A stretch of 64,000 nucleotides of DNA from the human T2T-CHM13v2.0 reference genome, Homo sapiens. The position numbers were made by a program, and so were the translations under genes. Of the stretch, positions 57,750 to 64,000 are shown piece after piece. The notes beneath the pieces were generated by a model. It did not search any database and was not told the DNA's origin. It saw only the letters and a list, made by a program, of their open reading frames with translations. Each line of letters opens with the position of its first letter. Position 1 is the stretch's first letter. Where the stretch lies: the NCBI RefSeq assembly GCF_009914755.1, contig NC_060926.1; one strand, given 5' to 3'.

Positions 57750-60700
57750 AATGACAGGCCTTGCTTCTGCCGTTGGTCTCCAGATTACAACTGATATTCC
57801 CTGTCTTTCTCATCTTTCATCCACTCTACCTTCCTCTTAGCCTGGTCTAGCAACTCTTGTAGTACAGGTAGCTCACCTGGTAGGATGACTGAGACCCACA
57901 CGCTTGGGTGATCAGAGCCCCAGGCTGTCATGTGCTTCTCAGGCAAGAACTGTGTGCTTGTTCATTTACTGTCAAAATTGTGCAAGGTTGTACCAAGAGA
58001 TAGTCCAGTGCATCACCTGGTTTCTAAACATTCTTCTCTGGCCCAGTGCATACCAGCAGGCCTACTTACTCATGACGATTGGCTCAGCTACCCTAGTGAC
58101 TCCATGCATTGCCTACTGGTGCCTTGGCACAAGGATCCTGAAGTAAACAGATGGAAGTCATAGTTTATAGTTTAATGGGATCTTGCTGTGTCACCTGATG
58201 GAAGCTTTCCTCCTCTGGGGTCTACTGCCTCTAAAGCTACAGAGCATAGGGTTCTAGGGAAAGAAATCACAAATTTCCATAAGTGAGTCACTGCGATGAT
58301 GATAAATGATGTGACTCCTATTTCTGGTCATTTAAAAAAAACCCACATATTTTATCTGTGGAGATTCAGCACTGTGCAATGTTCATCAGTTTAGAGCACC
58401 TATTACAATCTGGAGAGGCTGCCTTCCTCAGAGTATCATCTCCACACTGGCCCCTCCATTGCACATTCAAAAGGCCACTCTGCTGCTCTGTCAGGCCAAC
58501 AACTTCTGGCGATGCAGTATGTAACAGGCCTGGTGAATCTAATGACCATGAAGCCACTGTGGTACTTCCTTTGCTGTAAAGTGGGTACCTTGGTCCAATG
58601 TTATACTTGTGGAATCCGGGTCAGTGGATCAAATATTCTATTCTTGGGTAGTGGTGCTGGCTGAGGTCTGCAGACAGGAAAGGGAAACCTATATCCAGAG
58701 TGTGTTTCAATTCCAATCAAGATGAATCACTGGCTTTTCTAGGATGGAAGGGGTGCAGTGTAATCATTGGTTGGTCTTCTTGAGGAATGGCGCTGTTTCA
58801 GAAGCTCAGCATTTATCTCTATTGCTGGTAGGCTTGACATTTAATGGTTGCAGAAGCTAGGTAAGTCTTCGTGACTAGGAGTGTATGCTGTCAGGCCCAT
58901 GCACAGCCCTGTCCCTGTCTCTGTTCCTGCACCATTGCACCAGCACTGAGGTGGCTGATGCAGGGCCTGGATAACATCAACTGGACAAGTCGTACTGCCT
59001 GCCTGGCTGTTCAGTTCCTCTTTTATGGTAGACACTCTCTGGTGGGTTATTTAACATGAGATGTAAAGATCTTCACATTTTACACTTACTTACATAGACT
59101 CATCTTCATGCCTCCTCTCTATCTCTCCTTGTGCACACTCTTCTGATCTCTCTTCTTCAGATTCCTGACACACCAGACAAGCCACTCACCATTGCCTTTG
59201 GGTCCATATATGTTCTCACTTTAGGCCACTTTTTATTCCATGCAAAGTGCATTATCAAGTGTATCTTCTGAAGCTCTGCCTCTTGGGAGGATTTTTCATA
59301 CCATTGCCTTTCTAGGCCACCTCTGAGTGGGGCTTTTATGTAGCAGTGGTCCCTTTCATCCTGCATCTACACATTGAGAAGACACATCTATGATCCAAAC
59401 CCAGCCTTTTGTCTTTTTTATCCTCTGGTCACATGAGGGAATCATGAAGACCCTCCCCACACCACAGATGTGAGCTGAGGGCAAGGCGTTGGCATAAGAG
59501 TACTGAATGAAATGGGGTCTGGGGCACCTGCTTGTGCTGCTTGTTTGTGCCTCTGGCCCTGGTTGTTTGATGAGTTGCTGCTGGGCCTGCGTGACCTTAT
59601 TACTTGATAGGTTTGACAACACCTAATTCATGGTAAGCAGTTACAGTCAAGTGGTCATTAGATGTCCCATGGTCAGATGCTGTATCTATATCAGGAGCCA
59701 GCACCCATACAGGAACTGTTTTTCAAAAGATGCCACTTCTCCACTACTGGTGGCATGACTTTGCTTCAGTACCCTTGGGGTCTGCATTGTGGTTCTCCTC
59801 AAGTCCAGAGGGCATCTTCTCTCATAGCAGTACCTCTATAACGCAGAGTCTTCCAGGTAATATGGGCCAAGTGGCAGGCTTACTTTCAGCACAGCTTGGT
59901 CCTATTTGTAGAGCCCTTTTGTGCTGTAGTCCCCACCTAAACCTGGTGGCTATCATGGCACCCAGTAGGAGGTTAGGGTAGTATCTCCAAATATGGAATA
60001 TGCTGCTTCCAGAAACTGGCCTGTCAGCATTGTGCTTCCTTCTTATTGATTGGAGGTGTGAGATGCAATAATGTGTCCTTTACTTTGAAAGGGGTGTCCC
60101 AACATCCTTGGACATCTAAAACCTTTACTGATATGGCATGTCCCTGAATCTTTATAGGGTTTATTTCTGCCCCCTCCCTCCTCTGGAGATATATATGATC
60201 AAGGCTTCCACATACTTGTTACTTGTTATTCCTCTTGTCCAATAAATGTGGTGTCATCAATATCTACAATGTCCAGTAGATTCCAATCCCTTTAAATTGT
60301 AGATGCAGGACCACTGCTACAAGTGCCATGAGAGTTAGCATAGCCCAGGAGCAATCATGTAAATGCATTCTGTTGCCTGTTCCATAATGAAAGAGAACTG
60401 TTTCTGATCCTTGTTCCTGATAAGGATGTAAAACGCCGCATTCACCAGCTCAATGGCCATGTACTTGAGGCTGTGTTGGTCTACTCTCTAGAAAAGGTAC
60501 TACACCTGACACAGAAGCTGCAATTGGAGCTAAGTTTGATGTTATCCACTATTATCCTCTAGGATCTGTTTTTATTTTTAAGGAAATAGGACTGGTGAGT
60601 TAAATAGGAATATAATGGGGCCACCACCCTTGTAACCTAGTTCTCAATAAAGCATTTGGAGGTGGGACCAATCTCTTCCATTTTCCCCAGAACATGAGAG

Positions 60701-63180
60701 TGTATTTTATTTACAATTTTTGACTTGGAAGGCACAGTTTTAGAGACTTTCACCTTGGCCTTCCCGACTTCAATAGCTCTTACTTCAAAAGCTAAGAAGC
60801 TCATGGAAGGATTTTGCCAAACAACAAGTATGTATACTCCAATTACATATTTTGGATTCAAGGAAATTCCACTGGGTAGCTCTGTGAACCCAGTGAACCT
60901 GTTGTGAGCAAGGTTGGGCCCAGGACTCCATTGATTACTTGTCCCTTATAAGCTCCCACTATAACAGGTAGCCATGAGGACACTTGTGTACCCAGATAGC
61001 AGTTCAGCTCCTGTGTTCAACAGTTCTTGAAAAGTTGATTTATTCTACTTTTTCCAGTGTATGATTGCCAGAATAGTGGTCATAGATCTCTTTGGAGAAG
61101 AATTAGTGAAATTATTACCATGCAAACTTGCCTTGGTATTGCAGGGTCTTTTCTTCTAGGTATCCAGCTTTTCCTTCAGTCAATGGTTCTGAATTTAAAA
61201 ACTAGCTCAGGTTCAGAAACTAGACAAAGGATCATGCCTTCTTATTACAGTGTCTGTCCTTAGCCTCCTTATCATCTATCCATGATTTCTTTGGTTTAGA
61301 CTGAGCAATGGGCTTATTGGCTGTCCACCTATTTTGCCCCTACCGTGCCTTATTGTGTTAACCATCTACCTAGCTCTTCATGAATCAGATACTCCTGGCT
61401 GCCACTTGGGCTTTGCAATGTATCACAGTCACTGTGCCTGCAATGGACTGAATATTTGTGTCCCCTCATAATTCATATGTTGAACCCCAATCCCTAATAT
61501 GATGTATTAGGAGGTGTGGCATTTAGGAGGTTATTAGAAAATGAGGGTGGGGACCTCATGAATGGGATTAGTGCCCTTATCAAAGAGACCCTGGAGAGAT
61601 CTCTCACCTCTTTCCAACCTGTGAGGATACAGAGAGAAGACAGCTAGCTATGAACCAGAAGGCAGGCCCTTACAAGACATGGAAGGTGCTGACAGCAGCA
61701 CCTTGATCTTAGACTGTCTAGCCTCCATAACTGTGAGAAATAAATGTTTGTTGTTTAAGTCACCCACTCTATAGTATTTTTGTAATAGCAGTATGAACAA
61801 ACTAAGACAGTGCCTTCCTTGCTTCTGACAAGTAAGGGCCACCACCAGGGTGATCATCATCTCCTTTCTTACCAGTGAGCCCAGTTCTGCAATAGCATCT
61901 CCTTCCCTAAGCTCTAGTTTACAGAGGACAGCCCCTCTCTCTGGCCCATTTCTTATTCCCTTATTGCTTTGCTAAGTGGGGTGTCCTCTGGGCCCTCCTG
62001 CAGAACATTGCCACCAGATGAGCTTTCTTGCTCTACATACCATATCCACTCTAGCGTGCCAACTTCCCAAGCTTCTAAGCTCCTCATCCTACCATCTGCT
62101 ATGGCAGCTTTGGCATTTCTACTTAACTAAGTTTGGGCTCTTTCTTTCTCTCATCTTCAGAGCAATCCTAACCACATGTAAGCAACATTTCCTGGGCCAG
62201 GATATTAAATCCTATATTATGAGAGAGTGTTCCCATGTTGATAAACTCTCCCTCCCTCAACTTTATATTCCACACCCACTCTTGCTCCAAGATCCCCAGG
62301 ACCCAGTTCCATACACACTCTTTCGGCTTCTCTCAGTATAAATTGGCTAGGTTTTCAGAGCATCATGGCAATAGAGTCCCTCTCCTTCCTTTGCCTGCCC
62401 AGCATATCATTGGCCAGACTGTGTTGTGACTTGATGCTAGGTCAAGTTACAAACCCCAGCAGGGGTTTGGGTGGGGATCGAACTTGAGGGAGGCTGTGTG
62501 TTGCTCTGCAGCACAGGAGTCTCTGAATCATCTTTAAGAAATTGGGGACTATAGACCCAAGGGGTTCAGGGGAATCTGGAGTGTAAAGATTTTCAAGTGC
62601 ATTGACCCAAATGACCCAGCTCAAGTCTCAGGGTTCCACTCCTCAATTAGGGCCCTAACCCTGGCATAGGAGACTTACCAGGGAAGAGAATCCAACTTTC
62701 TCTGGAGCTTTGCTACTCTTATAATTAAGTCTCGGGCTTGATCCTTAACCTTCTCCTCCCCCAGGAGATCAAGGGATCAGAGCCTCTTTACATGCTGCCA
62801 AGGAGGTCCTCTGATTTTCACACTTAGCCTTCAATTAGTGATTAATTACCCTTAGCCTTTTCTTGTCTCTCTCCACTGCATCAGTGCCACTCAGCAAGCC
62901 ATTGGATTCCATTGTCTTTATAATTAGTACTTCTTCAGAACCTCTCGAAAGCTTAAGCTACTGCATCTGCCAGTGCATTTTCTTCCAAGGGTGTTCTATC
63001 GCAGGATATCGCTGATAAAAAGCTTTAACAATTGCACTGCTACAGCATGCCTGTAGTTTTCAGCGAGTCACCTACCACTAGGAATGGGGTCCTCACTGCC
63101 AGCGGGTTAGTAGGTGATCCAGTTTCAAAACTGCATTTTAGTTCAGTTTTCTTCCTCCTCAGATCACTCCTGGCAACAAT
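57750..63180 (-). mobile_element. Degenerate ERVL-class provirus internal region (ERV3-16A3/HERV16-like gag-pro-pol-dUTPase)
   Basis: Minus-strand motifs in ERVL order: PBS-like TTGTTGCCAGGAGTG (~63165-63179), protease ELLNTGAEL (~61000-61028), RT LLLGYANS (~60330-60355) and DIDD (~60255), integrase SPEVVGLTEQQSGLL (~58470-58515), dUTPase-like LPSGDTA (~58190-58205). Confidence 0.8.
61439..61809 (+). mobile_element. MaLR solo LTR (MLT1A0-like) nested in the ERVL
   Basis: TGCAATGGACTGAATATTTGTGTCCCC...AACTGTGAGAAATAAATG...ACTAAGACA; perfect 5-bp TSD GTGCC at 61434-61438 and 61810-61814. Confidence 0.92.
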
Positions 63181-63606
63181 TGTTTTAGGTTTGCTTCCTA
63201 GGAAAATAGGCTCTGAAATGAAGGCTTCTGTGCAGGATATTTATTGATGAGTACTCTCAGGATCAATACCTCTAGGGGAGAAGAGGGAAATATTGAACTG
63301 TGATGCAACTGCCACAAGAACCTCATAACCACTCTCATGGGGAGACCTGGAGCTGGGATGGTTCTTCAGCATTTCCCTGCCATGAAGCAAGGGATTTGGA
63401 TCTCGATACCCATAACCTACTAGTCACTGGATATGGGCTATCTCGGGGAAAAGTGAGCCCTTGAGCACAGCAGCTCTTTTCTGCTAAAGGGAGTCCCAGA
63501 GAGGAAGTCAATTTAAATCTGTCATCCATCAACACCCAGTAGTTGGCGAAATGCTTGCCTAAGCCCAGAGTGAGAGCCTGAGCAGCACATCACAGTGTCC
63601 ATTGCA
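63181..63606 (-). mobile_element. LTR16-type LTR (5' LTR of the provirus)
   Basis: TGTTTTAGGTTTGCTTCCTAGGAAAATAGGCTCTGAAATG...TTGAACTGTGATGCA...CTGGAGCTGGGATGG...GCACATCACAGTGTCCATTGCA; directly abuts the PBS-like motif. Confidence 0.75.
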
Positions 63607-63798
63607 GTTCCTATATACTAGCAATAAGCCAGTAAAAATATGATGAATGACAATCCCATTAACAATAGCAACTGGAAACATAAAATGTGTTCAGAGTACC
63701 TTAAAGACTCACGTGAAAAAAACAAAAAAAACCTTTATTGAGAAACAATATCTTGACGAATGAAAATATTTACCTTCTTTCTGAATAAGAAGACAATA
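63607..63798 (+). mobile_element. Ancient L1M ORF2 fragment
   Basis: TTCCTATATACTAGCAATAAG...CCCATTAACAATAGCAAC...AATAAGAAGACAATA. Confidence 0.6.
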
Positions 63799-64000
63799 GG
63801 CTGGGCGCGGTGGCTCACGCCAGTAATCCCAGCACTTTGGGAGGCCAAGGTGGGCAGATCACCTGAGGTTAGGAGTTGGAGACTAGCCTGACCAACATGG
63901 AGAAACCGTATCTCTACTAAAAATACAAAATTAGCTGGGCGTGGTGGTGCATGCCTGTAATCCCAGCTACTCGGGAAGCTGAGGCGGGAGAATTGCTTGA
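63799..64000 (+). mobile_element. AluSp, truncated by the window end
   Basis: GATCACCTGAGG...CCTGACCAACATGGAGAAACC. Confidence 0.9.

Overview
This is primate genomic DNA, almost certainly human because it carries a human-lineage AluYb8. It is CpG-depleted, repeat-dense intergenic or deep-intronic sequence, and I find no credible host protein-coding exon, RNA gene or CRISPR array. Most ORFs in the track are noise or Alu/L1/ERV translations. Main contents: the 3' end of an L1PA7/8-like element; a ~4.7 kb ancient L1M; a full-length, frameshifted L1PA3/4-like element on the minus strand with a perfect 15-bp TSD; eight Alus (J, S, Y and a near-consensus AluYb8) plus a FRAM; MaLR, ERVL and ERV1 solo LTRs; a ~5.8 kb degenerate ERVL-class provirus with one LTR16-type LTR; hAT and Tigger MITEs; and many MIR/L2 relics. 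Most worth following up: (1) an unexplained 93-nt ungapped, ~74%-identical direct repeat pair at 28393 and 37592; (2) an L1 antisense ORF0 open for 153 codons, with a UGCAUG cluster and candidate plus-strand exon downstream; (3) a very old Gypsy-like pol/integrase relic at ~44.2-45.0 kb; (4) a possibly polymorphic AluYb8. Subfamily names come from recalled consensus features, not from a RepeatMasker/Dfam run. I cannot claim a new biological system from this sequence alone.
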